From contig OY253672.1 in the NCBI GenBank assembly GCA_958009085.1, positions 806,001-870,000 on the forward strand: a stretch of DNA of 64,000 bases, given 5' to 3'. Below the pieces are notes generated by a model. That model made no database searches and was not told the origin of the DNA. It worked only from the letters and a program-made list of their open reading frames with translations. This document shows, in pieces, positions 11,829-24,962 of the stretch; positions within the stretch are counted from its first letter, which is position 1, and the number at the start of each line of letters is the position of its first letter. Origin of the DNA: Protoeuglena noctilucae (Eukaryota). Both the position numbers and the translations under genes were made by a program.

Positions 11829-12495
11829 ACGCTCGTTATCGCGGCAAGAAGCCGTCTTCGCCTTTCCAGCCTTGGGCTAACCAGGCCGCCGCGCAAAGCA
11901 GGCACTACGTCGCGGGTGGCCAGCACCCTCTCTTTGCGGGGTGCTCGTCCCGCGAGGCGATCCGGCGGTCGTGGTGCCGCTCCAAAGGACGGAGGACACC
12001 CGTCGGTGAGCGCCCTGCGCCGTCCCCGCTCCTCTGCAGCGTTTTATTTCTCACTCTGTTTATCGCCCCGGGCATCGGCGGCCTCTGCCGTGCGCTCGGT
12101 TCGCCCAAATGCGGCCCGGGGAGTTCGAGCCAAACGCGGCGCTCGCTGGCCCCGCGGGCTCCGGAGCGGGTTCAGCAGTGTCGTTTTATTCATGAATGCT
12201 GCGATCTGTCGTCGAACGGGTCGGAAATGCCATCCCCTGGCCGTGTCGGCTCGCTAAGTTCTGTGTGTGGCAGGCCGGGCATCTCGCGGCGGCCAGGCCC
12301 CCGCGCGTCCGCCCAGGTTCCTCAGGTCGATTGCACGCTCAAACTCTCGCGGATGCGGGCGCTGGAGCCGCGCGACCGCGGTTTCTCGCCAAAGACGCCC
12401 CCACGCGGCTCTCGTGATGCCAACGTGCCCTCTTTGATTTGTCGCGCCCCCCGCCGCCGCAGGACGCCCTTCGCAACGCTGGAGGCGGTCACTGA
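11829..12495 (+). promoter_or_regulatory. Conserved-peptide upstream ORF of GDP-L-galactose phosphorylase (exons ~11829-12005 and 12463-12495; candidate ACG start)
   Basis: Spliced translation ...PRKAG...SGGRGAAPKDGGHPS/DALRNAGGGH* resembles the plant GGP uORF core GGRGALPSEGGSPSDLLFLAGGG. Intron gtgag(12006)...ccgcag(12462). Confidence 0.8.
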
Positions 12496-12967
12496 GCTGC
12501 GCAAAGAGTGACCGACGACCGCAGACCAGGCGAGTGTGGGCCCGCCAGCTGGCTGCGAGGGATTGGCCGGCATCTTTCTGGGCAGGGCGCGGCGCGGGCG
12601 CCTGCCCCGCCCTCCTTTGTAATTTTTACGACATCCTCGTTGCTTATGGTGGCCCATATGCCCCGCACGCACCAGCAGCGGGCTTATATTGGCGCTGGGG
12701 GTTGGTCCGCCACACGGCTCGCTCGGGCCCATTTGCGCCCTGCGGCCGCGCGCGCCGCGTCGGCCGCTCCGCGCAGGCAAGCCATCGACTTGTGATCTTG
12801 CATTTCACACAGGTAGTTTGCGCATTCCCCTTGAGCAGCAAGACGTACTGAGGAGCTCGGGCTAGCTGGACTAGCCGGCGCAAATACTGCACCTACGGAG
12901 CGCGCACCCGCGCGCGTGTATCGAGTACATCCGCGGGAAGACCCCGAGTGCGCAGAACGGCGCCAAG

Positions 12968-14929
12968 ATGTCGTGCCCGCTCTACATTTCCAAGGTGCGC
13001 ACGGCGAGCGCCCCCTTACCTCAGCCGCGCGCGCGGGCCCCGGCGCGCCGGCGCTCCCGCGCGGCCGTCCGTCTGCTGTTCTCCGCCGCTCTCTGACCGC
13101 CCGCGCCCCGCCGCTCGGCACGCGCGCAGGTCCAGAGCGTCGTGTCCATGGCGCAGCTCCTGGAGGACGGGCGGGAGCTCCCGGAGATCGAAATCAAGGA
13201 CCTGAACCGCCTCACGCCGAACGCGAAGATCGCGGACGTGATGGGCAGCTACATCCCGTTCGTCGGATACGCCTCGACCCCCGCCGTCGCCGCCAAGGCG
13301 GTCCGCAGCTTCGTGCGCGTGCCCAGCGCGCGGACGCTGGCCAACCTCAACGGCAACGAGGACTCCGAGTCCGTCTCCTCCTTCGATTCGCGCGCCCAGG
13401 AGGTGACGGCGCCTCGCTTGGGCTTGCTCTTGCTCTTGTCCATGGCATAGCATCGGCAGAGTGGGCGTGGACGAGACCTGGCGTGGGTTTTGGCTCCTTC
13501 GCCACGCCACGCACTGTGCCGGCGCACGAGCTGCGCTCGTGGCCGCCTTTCTTTGCAAACCCTGCATCGCCGCCTTGGGTCGCAGTCGGACGGGGACACG
13601 ACCGAGACGGCCCCGCCCCGCCCGCCCCTGGCGCGCTCCTACATGGACGCCATCATCATGACGGGCTGGGAGGACCGCAAGGCCCTCTTCCGCTACCCGC
13701 TGGCGGACACGGAGACCAAGGTCGTGCCCGGCAAGCTCGGCTTCGTCGCCCAGCTGAACGAGGGCCGCGCCACCAAGAAGCGCGCCACCGAGTTTCGAGT
13801 GGACCTGGTCACGCAGGAGGCGAGTGGGTCATTCGGGGTGGCGCATGGCGACCATGGCCGGCGCCACCCCAGAGCAGCCCACGCAGACGCCCAGTGCGCC
13901 CTGCCTGATGGTGTAACCTCCCGGGCTCTCACAGTTCGACGACGGCAAGTTCAACTTCACCAAGGCACTGCAGCACGAGGCGCTGTTCCAGTTCGCCCCG
14001 TCGCGCTCCGGCGCCTCGCAGTACCACCTTTCATCCCGGGTGCGCCGGTCGCCGTCCCTGGTGCTCATCAACGTGTCGCCCATCGAGTACGGGCACGTGC
14101 TCCTGTGCCCCTGGGTCCTCAACCGCATCCCTCAGCTCGTCGACCCGGCAAACCTCCTCCTGGCACTGCACTTTGCCAACGAGTCGGCCAACCCGTGCAT
14201 GCGCCTCGGATACAACTCCCTCGGCGCCTACGGCACCATCAACCACATGCACTACCAGGCCTACTACATGCAGCACGCCTTCCCCGTCGAGCTCGCCGAG
14301 ACCGTCGACCTCTGCCAGCCAGAGCACGCCGACGACTACCAGGCGAGACATGGCCCCTGTGCGCACCCGTGCATGCCCTCGGCGCCCGCCCTCCTTCCGC
14401 TCCGCTGTCTGCCCAACCCGCCCGTGCTCACGCTCCTCGTTGCTCCCCGGCGCAGGTGTCGGTGCAAGAGGTGACGGGCTACCCCGCGCGGTGCCTCGTC
14501 TTTGAGGTGAATGACTGCCTGGAGGCGCTGGCGGACGTGGTGGGGCGGCTGTGCCAGGAGCTGGCGGCGCGCAACGTGCCGCACAACCTCCTCATCTGCG
14601 ACACGGGCCATCGCGTGTTCCTCTTCCCCAACAACTTCAGCGCCCAGCAGGCGCGCGGCCGCGTCCCTGAGGACGTCCTCGACACGGGCGTCAACCCCGC
14701 GTGCTTCGAGATCGCCGGGCACATGGTCATGAAGCGCCGGCAGGACTACGAGGACCTGGACGAGGCGGCGTGCGAACGCCTCCTGGCCCCGTGCTCCTTC
14801 CCGGCGCCGGTGTTCGACGCCGTCGCCGCCCTCGCCGAGGAGGCGGCGCGCCTGCTGCCGCACCAGGAGCTGTCCACGGCGCGACTCGAGGCGGCGCTGG
14901 CGGAGATGGCCGCCGAGTTGCCCAACTGA
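12968..14929 (+). CDS. VTC2: GDP-L-galactose phosphorylase (ascorbate biosynthesis)
   Basis: MSCPLYISK/VQSVVS; WEDR..LFRY; GFVAQLNEGRATKKRATEFRVD; FDDGKFNFTKA; INVSPIEYGHVLL; RLGYNSLGAYGTINHMHYQAYY (HIT-like motif); VNPACFEIAGHMV. Confidence 0.95.
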
Positions 14930-15285
14930 GGGAGGTAGCGTCACATTGCGTGGCGAGGGTGGATTCGCGCTCACGTCCTCTGATTTAGCCGTCACGTAGT
15001 ATGACGACGGCCTTTCCCAGTTTTCCGCAACGCCTGCTGGACGAGCTTGTAGTATCTTGTCGCTGCTGCGGCCTCACTCTCACTCGCCTTTTTCTGCGGC
15101 TGGTGTCAGGGTGCCTGAGCCATCGCCAGCCGGCAACAAGTATTTGAACGTAGATGTCCAAAGTGACCGTTACGAAGCTGCTCTGGCCGCGCGGTATCCG
15201 CCGCAAGTGGGCTCGCCTTGCCGTCTCTGCGCTCTGGGCAAGTTCCCCTGCTTGGGAGCATCTGAAAAGGCCCTTCCTAGCTACC

Positions 15286-17182
15286 ATGGTCGAACATGAT
15301 GTTCGTGATGTTGTGGAGGCATTGAGGGTGAGCCTCGTGGCCTTTCGGGGGCGCGCGGCTCACAGGTGCCGCCTCGTGTCCCCGAGCCTCTCGCGTGCGC
15401 AGCCACAACTGTGCGCTCTGATAGCATCACGAGCACCATAACGACGATAATATCTTTGCAGGGCAGCAAAGTTACGCCCAAGAAGGCATGGAGGGCCGCC
15501 GTGGGGCGCCTCGCCACGCTTCTGGAGCGCTGCCCCCGCGCGCTGGCTCGGCTCACGGATGGGACAGGCAGGACGGTCAAGTTTGTGACCCGGATAAGGT
15601 TGGACGAGCAGGGAGGCCATGGAATCGTCGCGCTTCTGAGAGGGATGGCTGCGAATGCTGTGGAGAACTGCGCATGGGCCAGGAATGAGCCGCTCCTGAC
15701 GAGCGACATCCTCGATGGACTGGCCAAAGCGGAGACCCTCAATCTGAGCGAGGTCGGGGAGCCGCTGGAGCGCATGTACGCCCACATCGCCGCGTGCGTT
15801 GACAGCGCGGCACGACCGACGACCTTCCTCGCCCTGTGCGCGTCCTGCACCACGGCAGGGCCTTGCGATGCCGCGCGCCAGGCGAGCCAAAGCGAGCCGT
15901 GTGCGTGGCCGAGACACCATGATCCCAGCGCAGCGAGATATTGCTGACACTCCTTCCTGCCGCGCATCTGATGCAGGCGTGGGCCGACCTGGCCTCCCTG
16001 GGCAGTCTCACCGACGACCAGCGGGCATGGCTTCTGAGGCCGGGGGGCGTGCTGCGGCGGGGCCTGGAGACCATGCGTGCCACAGACCACGAGAGCGTGG
16101 ATGGGCGCGTCGCTGCTGCCATCCAGTCGCTGCTCAGGTCTGCCATCACCGCCCTGGCAGCAGCGCACATGCCACGCACCTCGTCCCATGCTCAGCTGTA
16201 CATGGCCGGCGCCTCCTGCCCTGCACGCAGGGACGCACTGGCATGGCGACAGGGCCTGACCCACGCGCAGGCGGGCCAGGGCCTTCTGGATGGCTTCGAT
16301 TGGACGGCAGCCCGCGAGGCAGCGACCAAGCCCCTCGCCAACATCCCTGCAGTCCGCGCCAAGGAGCCCGAGCCCTCCGCCCGCCTGGACAGCCCAGTGG
16401 CTCAACAGCCCAGTGGCTCGCCCGGCATCGCACACCCGAATGCTGTATCAACAGAGACAGGCCTCCAGGTCTCGCCCAGCTCAGCTGCGCAGGCTGTCGC
16501 ATTCGCCACAGAAGGTGACGACAGGTCGGCTGTGCTTTGCAAGGGCGTAGCTCCATGCGATGGTGGGGATGTGCTGTGTGTCGCTGCGCCGCAGTGACGT
16601 GGGACCAAGGGTTGACCGACGTCCACGTCTACGTGCCTGTGCCAGTGGGAACCAAGGCCGGGGCCATCGCAGTGGAGGTCAGGTCAGTGTCCTCGTGTGT
16701 CGCCTTGGCACGCACATGAACGACGACACCTGCCATTCACATCCCACAACCCATCATCTCGATCGGTGGGTCCATCCTACCCTTGCAGGCCGTCCCACCT
16801 CAGCGTGGCTCTGCGGACACCCGAGGGACTCGTCGCCCTGGCAGCTGGCACCCTCCCGCACCCGGTGTTGCCCTCGGAGTCCCTGTGGGTCGTGGAGCAA
16901 GAAGGCAAGAGCAACACCGTGCACGTCGTGCTGCACAAGAAACCGGGCACGGCCCCCTGGCGGACCCTGTTCACGGAGGGCGCAGGAGAGGCCAAGTCGC
17001 ATGTGCAGGTACTCTCTGAGCTGCTGGCGGCGGACGACCCGCTGTGCCGCGTGGATGAGATGGACGACGATGCCCAGGACCTGCTGGCGGACCTGCTCGA
17101 CCGGCAGCGGATGGTCGCATCGGGGGAGCTGGACCTCGAGAGGGGTTTCGACGACTTCAGAATCGTGCTAGGCGACCGGTGA
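15286..17182 (+). CDS. Protein with C-terminal CS (p23/NudC-like) domain
   Basis: C-terminal exons TWDQGLTDVHVYVPVPVGTKA..., GTLPHPVLPSESLWVVE..VHVVLHKK..PWRTLF. N-terminal part unrecognised. Confidence 0.6.
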
Positions 17183-17266
17183 AGTGCGGGCGAGGTGGTC
17201 ACGTGCGCAAAGCTGGCGAGGCAAACGGTGGCAAAAGGGGAGTTGAATGCGATCGGCAGCTTGGCT

Positions 17267-18288
17267 TCAGCCAGAAGGCGGCGCGGCCATGCTGGCTTCC
17301 TCCGCGATCCCGGCCAGCCGCATCAGCTCGTGATAGTCCTTCACAGTCGCGCACGCCCCCGCCCCGACAAGGACCTCGGCCTTCTGCCCCGTCAGGACGC
17401 CGAAGGTCGGGACCCCGGCTGCCACGGCAGCTGCCATGCCACTGCGGGAGTGCGGAGAGCGGGGAGCTGTAAGCCAGACCCCACATAAGCAAACCCCTTG
17501 ACTTGCATGGCCTTCGTGGATTGCGTCATCTGCAAAGGCCGACTCCGCCTTGCCTGGGGGAGTCTTCCACAGCGACTGCTTCGTCCGCCTGAATGCCCAG
17601 AAGACGCATGGCCTCCAAGTAGGGGTCAGGGAAGGGCTTGGCACGCGTGCACTTCTCACTGCGGGAGCGAGACGAGTACGCCGGTACACGAGGAGCAGTC
17701 GCTGGCATAGGCAGACAAGCCATGTCGCCCACCCACGCTGCTCACCCCAGCACGATGGCGTCGAACTTCCCCTCGAGCCCCAGCGCCCGGATCATCACCG
17801 CGGCGTTCTCCCCTGGCGCGTTGGTCACCGCGGCCTTCTTGAGGCCCCGCTCGTCAATCCAGCGCAAGAAGTCACTCAGCCCCGCCACCGGCTGCAGCAC
17901 GCCCGCGGCCAGCTCGCGATATATCCTTTCCTTTTCCATATAGAAGGCCGTGCGCTGCTCCTCCGACCACGCAGGGAACAGGTCCGCCATGATTTCGGGG
18001 TTGTGACGGCCGGCGATGCGAGAGTTGAAGAACTCCTTGTCTATCCGCTGACCCCCGTTGAAGCCCTCCCGCTGAAGCATGTCCTGGAAGACCCTGGGGA
18101 GGCACAACGGGCCGGGAGCGCGATGCGGCCCCGGGCTCGTGAGACACAGCGCGTGCCCGCATCGACCGGCCTGGAACCCGCCTGAGATGCAACGGGTCGC
18201 TGTCGCAAAGCGTGCCGTCGATGTCAAAGAGGACCCCCTTAAGCTTCCCAAAGTCTGGGATCGCGTTGCTCTTTCTCGACGACGCCAT
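17267..18288 (-). CDS. HAD-superfamily hydrolase (CbbY/Sgpp-like sugar phosphatase); may extend 5' with a transit peptide
   Basis: GVLFDIDGTLCDSDPLH (motif I), AAVTNAP, KPFPDPY, VEDSPSG..AAVAAG. Confidence 0.9.
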
Positions 18289-18845
18289 GGAGGCAATGGC
18301 ACCTGCGGCGGCCGATCAGGCGCTTGCGCGGGGTCGACGGTGGCGTGCGGCTGCCCTTGCATGCGCTGGAACGGAGACGCCAGCCAAGCCGCGCGCAACT
18401 CAGTTGCAGAATCTTGAGTGCTCACCAGCCTGACACAAGCGACCGCGGGTTCCAGACTTGAGGCGGGCCAGGCGCGATGCAGCGTTCGCAAGAAGGGGCA
18501 TGAGGGGGCACGCGGTCGTCCAGGGTCGATGATGCAGTGTTTGTGCGCACGCCGACAAAACGTGGTTTGCAGTGTCGTCCGCTGCATCGTTGGCGCTGAA
18601 ATCCCGGCCATCGGTGGCAAACACTCTGGCGCAGTGCTTGCCGGTCGCCGTGCCAGCTACGCGCGAGCTGCGAGCTTGAGCGCCCCCCGCGATGGGCTTG
18701 CAACAAGCAGATCTTGTGTACGTGGAGACCATTGGCGCCCGCTTGCTGTCTCGAGGGAAAGCGTACAGTGCCGCAAACTGCTGCAACTCGTAATTCTCCG
18801 CCCAAAGGCGCTGCCTTCGGCTCGCAGTGAATGTATGGGACCTTT

Positions 18846-19948
18846 ATGGCGGCGTTGAAACCGTGGAGATGCCCTCTGGGCCGACAGGCACGCGGCATCG
18901 CCGCTGCCGCGACGACTGGGTGCGGGCCTGCCGCTGCGAGACGATGCCGTGGTCTGAGGAAGCCCTTCCGCAGAGCACGCGATCTCCTATCTAGCGCAGG
19001 AGATATCCGCACAAGATGGTTAGCCTCAGCGAGCCCAAGACGATGGACGTCATCATCAACACGCGCCTCGGCCCAGAGGTGACCATTGGACCCCTCCCTG
19101 GGCCGTCCAAGTTCCTGAAACCCGTGTCTGCGTTTTACAGGTGCGGAGCTGCCGATTGACGCTCACGTCACGCGCCTCGCGGCCCTGCACGTTGTGTTGA
19201 GCACACCGGGCCGGGCCGCGTCCCTCCCTGCAGCATGGACGGGAAGAGCAAGAGGTGGGACCTGGTCGAGTCGCTGCCCTCGGTCGCCGTGGCCCTGTAC
19301 CACGCCGACCTGGACAGCCTCGTCGTCGTGCGGCAGTTCCGCCCTGCCGTTTATGCCGCTGCGTGCCGTGAGGTGGGGGAGCGACGCAGCACACAGGCAC
19401 GCAGGCAGCCGCTGTGGCAGGTGACATGACATGCGATAGCCGATGAGATTCCTCTCCGCAGGCCAACGTGTCTTTGCCAGTCGAGCAGGGCTTCACCTAC
19501 GAGCTGTGCGCGGGGCTAAAGGACAAGCAGGGGAAGAGCGAGGAGGATGTGACGAGCGAGGAGATTGAGGAGGAGTGCGGGTGCGGAACGGTGTAGCATC
19601 AAGTGAGGTTCGCCTGGCTCGCTGGCGTGGACAGCTCATGAGTGTACCACCCTGGGACTACGCTCCAGGTTCCGAGTCCCACCGTCCAAGCTCCGGCGGC
19701 TCACATCGTTCGTGACGTCGGCAGGCATCAGCGGGGTCAGGCAGACGCTGTTCGCGGCGCGGGTGGACGACAGCATGCGCGTGTCGGGCGGCGGGGGCGT
19801 CATGACGGACGGGGAGGCGATCGAGGTGCTGGCCGTGCCCATGGGGACTCTGGACGCTTTCTTGGAAGACGACGCACTGCCCAAGAGCGCGGGGCTGCAG
19901 TTCGCGGCCATGTGGCTCCTTCGCCATGGCCCGACCGCGCTGCCGTGA
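18846..19948 (+). CDS. Nudix hydrolase, NUDT14/NUDX14-like nucleotide-sugar pyrophosphatase
   Basis: WDLVESLPSVAV, VRQFRPAVY, GFTYELCAGLKDK..SEEIEEECG, SAGISG.RQTLFAA.VDDSMRVSGGGG, EAIEV. Confidence 0.88.
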
Positions 19949-19959
19949 CGCGAGGGCGA

Positions 19960-20050
19960 TTCGTGCTTTGCTTGATTCGTGCTTTCTTTTGAAGGTCTCA
20001 TCCTCAAAACGATCGTGCTTTGTTTTTTGAAGGTCTCATCCTTAAGACGA
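19960..20050. repeat. Imperfect ~35-bp direct repeat downstream of the Nudix gene
   Basis: tcgtgcttt...ttttgaaggtctcatcct.aa.acga occurs twice, plus a partial copy. Confidence 0.75.
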
Positions 20051-20214
20051 GAAAAGCGGGACAAAGGGCCCCGAGTGCTGTTCCTAACTGCAGCTGCGGT
20101 GCACATAGACATCATCGACCCCACATGCATAGAAGCACAACCGCGCTCGCAAAACTCCCCATGTTGTCATGTGGCGTAGCTCCACGATCGACACCCAGCA
20201 GGACACCCCCTAGC

Positions 20215-22490
20215 TCACTTCCTGCCCGACCCAACCCCAGCGCGCGCCCGCACGGGCCGCCGCCGCGACGGCACCCCCCGCGCGTGGCCAGACCCGGCCA
20301 CGCCACACCCCCCGCGCTTGCCCCACCCCACGTGCTCCGTCCCCCGCTTGTCGTCGCCCCCGACGTCCACCACGGGCCCAGCGGGGCACAGAGCGTCCCG
20401 CGCGGCCCCGCTGTCGGTGGCCGCGGCCCCCACTTGGCCCCCGGAGTCCGCATCGTCCTCGACCTCAGCAGACACCGGCCTCAGCTCGCCCTGCGCAGCG
20501 AAAGCCACGTCGTCCGGCTGCGCGAAGCCGCGGAGCACGTCCGCCACCTCCGCGGCGCCGTCCGTCGCGCACGCCGACGCCTCGCGCGGCCCGGGTGCGC
20601 GAGGGGAGGCCGCCTCTCCGCCCGCACCCCCGCTGGTGCGCCGGACACCCCCCAAACCACCGCCACCCGCCGCCTTCTTGAAAGCCCGTGCGCGCCGCGA
20701 CATGCCGCACGGCGTCCCTGGCTCGGGCCCCAGGAGCTCCTGCCCGCGCCCCCCTCGCTGCCCACCCCGCCCGACCCCGCGCCGCCGGCCCCCGGGGACG
20801 CCCGACTCGGCGTGCGTCTGCGTGGCCGCCTGCGTCGCGGCCGTCTCGGCCTGGGCCGCGTCGCCCGCGCCGCGCGCCAGCGCCGCCCGCAGCGCGGCCT
20901 CGTTGTCGGGCCCGNNNNNNNNNNNNNNNNNNNNNNNNNNNNNNNNNNNNNNNNNNNNNNNNNNNNNNNNNNNNNNNNNNNNNNNNNNNNNNNNNNNNNN
21001 NNNNNNNNNNNNNNNNNNNNNNNNNNNNNNNNNNNNNNNNNNNNNNNNNNNNNNNNNNNNNNNNNNNNNNNNNNNNNNNNNNNNNNNNNNNNNNNNNNNN
21101 NNNNNNNNNNNNNNAGCTGCCCGCCGGGGCCTTGCACACGGTGCTCGAGGATGAAGGCATCCGCTGCCGCCGCCGCCTCGTCCCGAGAGGGGAAGTCGCC
21201 CACGTGGTGCTCGCCGCCCGTCGGGAGCGGCACGCGCGCCGCCCACCGGTCGCGGGCGCAGGGCGCCAGCGTGGGGCGCGGGGACAGCAGGGGCGGCAGC
21301 GCCGTCTCGAGCCTCGCGCGCTTCGGCTGCAAGTAGGGAGGCGAGGGTGACAATGTCATCTTATGCTCACGAGCCCCCCTCGAGGCCCACAGTCAAGGCA
21401 GCCCGCGCTCGCTGCCTGCCTGCGCAGCGTTGCTGTCCGTGTCCCCATCCCCCACACTCAAAAACCGCCCCCGCTTGTGCACGGCGGGCGGCGCGACCCC
21501 GTTGCCCCACCCCGTGCGCGCGGCCGCAGGCGCGGGGAGGCGTTTCCCGGCGCTTCTCCCGCTAGCGGGATCTGCGGCAGAAGGGGAGAAAGCGTATGGC
21601 CTCCGTGTCCATTCCACAGCTGACCCAAGCCTGCCAGACACGAGCCGGGCCTTACGACATCCAGCAGCTCAGCCACGCTCAAACACGTCCCTCACCCGCG
21701 CCGGGAGAGCCGCTCTCGTCGCTCAGCTCGACGGTGGCCAATGCCTCGCCCTCCGCGCCTCCGCCTGCGCCCGCGAAGAGCCCCTCCAGGATGTCCGCCG
21801 CAGCATCCTCAGCGCCCAGCGAGATAGCCAGGCCAGGGCTGCCGGCGAACGACGACGGACTCTGCGGGGGCGTCCAAGGGGCCTACGTCACCATAACCGC
21901 CAATCAATGCCACCGTCGCACGTGAGGCAGGGCCACGCGCACGACAGCGCCCAGCAAGTGCGCTTTCGCGGCTCGCCTTGTCGGACGCGCGGGTGTGGCT
22001 CGGATAGGGCGACCAATTCTGCCCCTTCTCGCCCCGGCCCCGCCCTCGCCCGCGCCCCCGCCCTAAGGAGGGCGGGGACCGCTGGAGCCCCGGGAGGGGC
22101 TTGGCGTCGAAGGCGGGGGCGGGAGCGGAGGGCCGCGCGGGGGCGTCCGAGTCGGCGACCATCGGGGAGCCAAAGGGCACGCTCGCAAAGTGCGGCGGGG
22201 GGTGGGACCACTTGAGGGGGCTCGTGGCCACGTTCGGGTTGTTGACGTCCGAAGCAGAGTCCGCGGCGCCCTCCGAGCCCGACTGCGTGTCGTCGGCGGG
22301 CGCCGCGTGCGCCGCGCCGAGGGAGGCGAGGTCTGCGGAGGGCAGTGGGCGCAGGAGGGCGTGGGTGGTCGGCCAATGAGCTCACCCTGCCGGGATCGGC
22401 ACCCACCAGAGCGCAAGCAGGCGTGCCGGAGCCCCGTACACGTCGGCTGGGAGGTTCGGAGCTGCTGCAAAGACGTTCAGTTGGGCACAA
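20215..22490 (-). CDS. Low-complexity protein with a degenerate AP2-like DNA-binding domain; spans the gap, boundaries uncertain
   Basis: DRWAARVPLPTGGEHHVGDFPSRDEAAAAADAF (~21150-21250) resembles the AP2 consensus RW.A.I...LG.F.T.EEAA.AYD. Confidence 0.5.
20915..21114. other. Assembly gap (200 N)
   Basis: Run of n characters. Confidence 1.
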
Positions 22491-23416
22491 ACGGACCCCG
22501 TCCCTGCCGGGGCTTGCCTGGCATCTCCCAGACGCCCTTCACCGCCCTTGTACCGATGCGCGCCGAGATCTCGACCAACCCATTGTCACAGCCTGCGTGG
22601 CCAGTGGGGGCGGGGCCGGGCGGGTGTGTACGGGGCCCAGGAGCGCAGGCCTGGTGGGCCCATGAGCAATTTCGTGCCCCACGTCGCGCAGAGACGGACT
22701 CCGGCTGTGCATTTTTGAATCTCTCGCCCGCGGGCATGTGACTTGGGGGCCCCGTCCCCACGCCCGCGGGGAACGGGGGGTGTTTGGACAGCGCCTAAGC
22801 TCAGACCCCTCCCCGCGGGGCCGCGCTGCCCCGCAGCCCCCGGAGCGGCCGGCGAGGGTCGCAGGACGGTCCCTGAGACTTCCCGGAGCCACGAGCTGCG
22901 TCGCGGGCGGTCGGGGCACGCCGCTCACCGGGTCCCAGAGGATGAATGGCGCGCGCAGGCCATGGCTCGGAGAGCATCCACGAGCACGAACGAAAAAAAA
23001 CCTTCAAGAGGGAGGTGGAAGGGTTTGTGGGGAGGCGTACGCCCGGAGGGGGAGCGACGCGCTACGCAACGCCTCGGGAAGAGCGTCAGGGCCACAGAAC
23101 GCCGCCCGTCGCAAGCATGGAAGATCTACTGGCCAGGGGGGGACGAAAGGGGCCCAAGAGATGCTTCGCTGGCAAAAACGGGAGCTCGGGCGAGTGCCCC
23201 AGCCGGACCGCGACGCGCCCGGGCGGCCCCCGTGCCCTCCGCGCGGCTCCTTGACGAAAAAGCCGCGGCCGGAGCCCGAGCGGAGCGCCCCCGCCGCACG
23301 CACCGGGGCAGCGTCGCACATCGGAAGCTTCCTCGGGCCCGCGGGGCCGCGGAGGCCTCCCTGGCCCGCCCGTGGAGGCGCTGGTCGTGGGGCATGCGAG
23401 CACGGCCGGCGCGCGC

Positions 23417-24962
23417 CTAGAAGAGGCCCAGATCATGGATGCCGTCCCGGTCCACCACCTGCGTGGGCAGCGTGCCGACCCGCGTGAGACGGGGGGTCCC
23501 CGGAGCGACCAGACACCTCGAGCAGCGCGCAGGCGCGAGCAGCGAGGCAGATCCGGTCCCCAGCCCCGGCGAGCGAGCGTCCCGGGCCCGTGCGCGCCCT
23601 GTGCCCGCTCACCTTGATGGCGTACTTGGGCGGAGCGACGACGAGTCGCTTCTTCACCTCCGCGATGCCCTTCTTCATCATCTCCAGGGCCTCCTCCCTG
23701 CCCAGGTCGGGGTGCCAAAGGCGGTCGAACATGGACAGGACGAAGTAGGAGCCGTAGCCGGTCCCCGCCACGTTCATCTTGTGCTGCGTGGCCAGGTAGT
23801 CGGTCCAGTACAGCGAGGCCCCTGCGGAGGGTGCGAGAGGGGGCGCGGGATCGCGCAGAGGGCCCAGGGGGATTGACCGTGCATCCTGCCCGGCGCAGGC
23901 CGCGCGCGTTCACGCGGGAAAAGCCGCAGTGATATAAGGCAAACACAAACGAACGCGGCGAGATCGAAAACACGACGTAATCTCCTGGCCGCGCCGGCCG
24001 GGAGGGGCGCCAAGGCACGTCCCACCCAGCCACGCCGCGCCGGCGGGCCCCGCGGGCTTCGCGGCCCGCAGCGCGACGCGAGAGGACTAGCATTTGGCAC
24101 CGACAGCGCCCTCACCCTCGTCGTCGTCCCAACCCGCGATGAGCAAGTTGACAAAGTATGGACGGCTCCGCAGCGCCCCCGCGAGCTCTGCCCGCGTGAA
24201 GTTCGCCAGCGCCTTCGTGCTGAGCTTCGTGCTGTTCCGTAGACTGCATCCGGAGGGGAGGGAATGGCCAAGGTGAGGGGAGCGCGGCGCCGCGGGGGAG
24301 CTGGGCAGGGGCAGCCTTCGGAGGCCCGCGGGCGCCGGGGGACGCACAGCGGGACGCCCCGCGCCCCCCCTCCGCCGCAATCTACGAATCCACGATCGGC
24401 GGCGGCGCTCGCATCGGCGAAGGGTCGGGCGCGGGGGCCAGGAGCCGTGTCGAGGAACCAAACCAAAGGGTGCCCGGCGGGAGCGCGAGGGGCCGCCCCG
24501 CCGCTCGATACCCCGTCCGCGCGCGGCATTCGGCACAAAGATCGAGATCCGGGGAGCGCGGGGGGGGCAGACGCCCCCGCCGCGGCGCAGCTCGCCCAGG
24601 GCAGCGTCCGGCCCTTTGCGGCCCCCACGCGGCGCGCCGGGGCACGAGGGCGGGAGATGCCGGTCGAGTCGAGCGGACATACGCAACGAAAATCCCGAGA
24701 CGCGGTCGGGCGACTGCCCATAGCGCGCACGAGCGCGCGGCGAGGCCCGAGGTGCGTACCTGTAGAGCTTGGCATTGGCGACGATGTACTCGGAGAACTG
24801 CACGCGGTCGCCCGGCTCCCCCGAGAGGACGAAGAGCTTGTGCGAATCCACGGGCACGATTTTCTCCTCGTCGTCCTTGATGGCTATAATCTGGTTCACC
24901 GCGCTCGTGTCGCTGCACACCATCACAAAGTCCCGGCCCCGCAAACCCATGAAGAAGTCCAT
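23417..24962 (-). CDS. PSMB2: 20S proteasome subunit beta type-2 (beta4/PBD)
   Basis: MDFFMGLRGRDFVMVCSD...GEPGDRVQFSEYI.AN.KLY/SLRN..LS.KA.ANFTR.ELA..LRS.PY.VNLLIAGWD/GASLYWTDYLA...GYGSYF...EVKKRL.../VVDRDGI. Confidence 0.95.
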
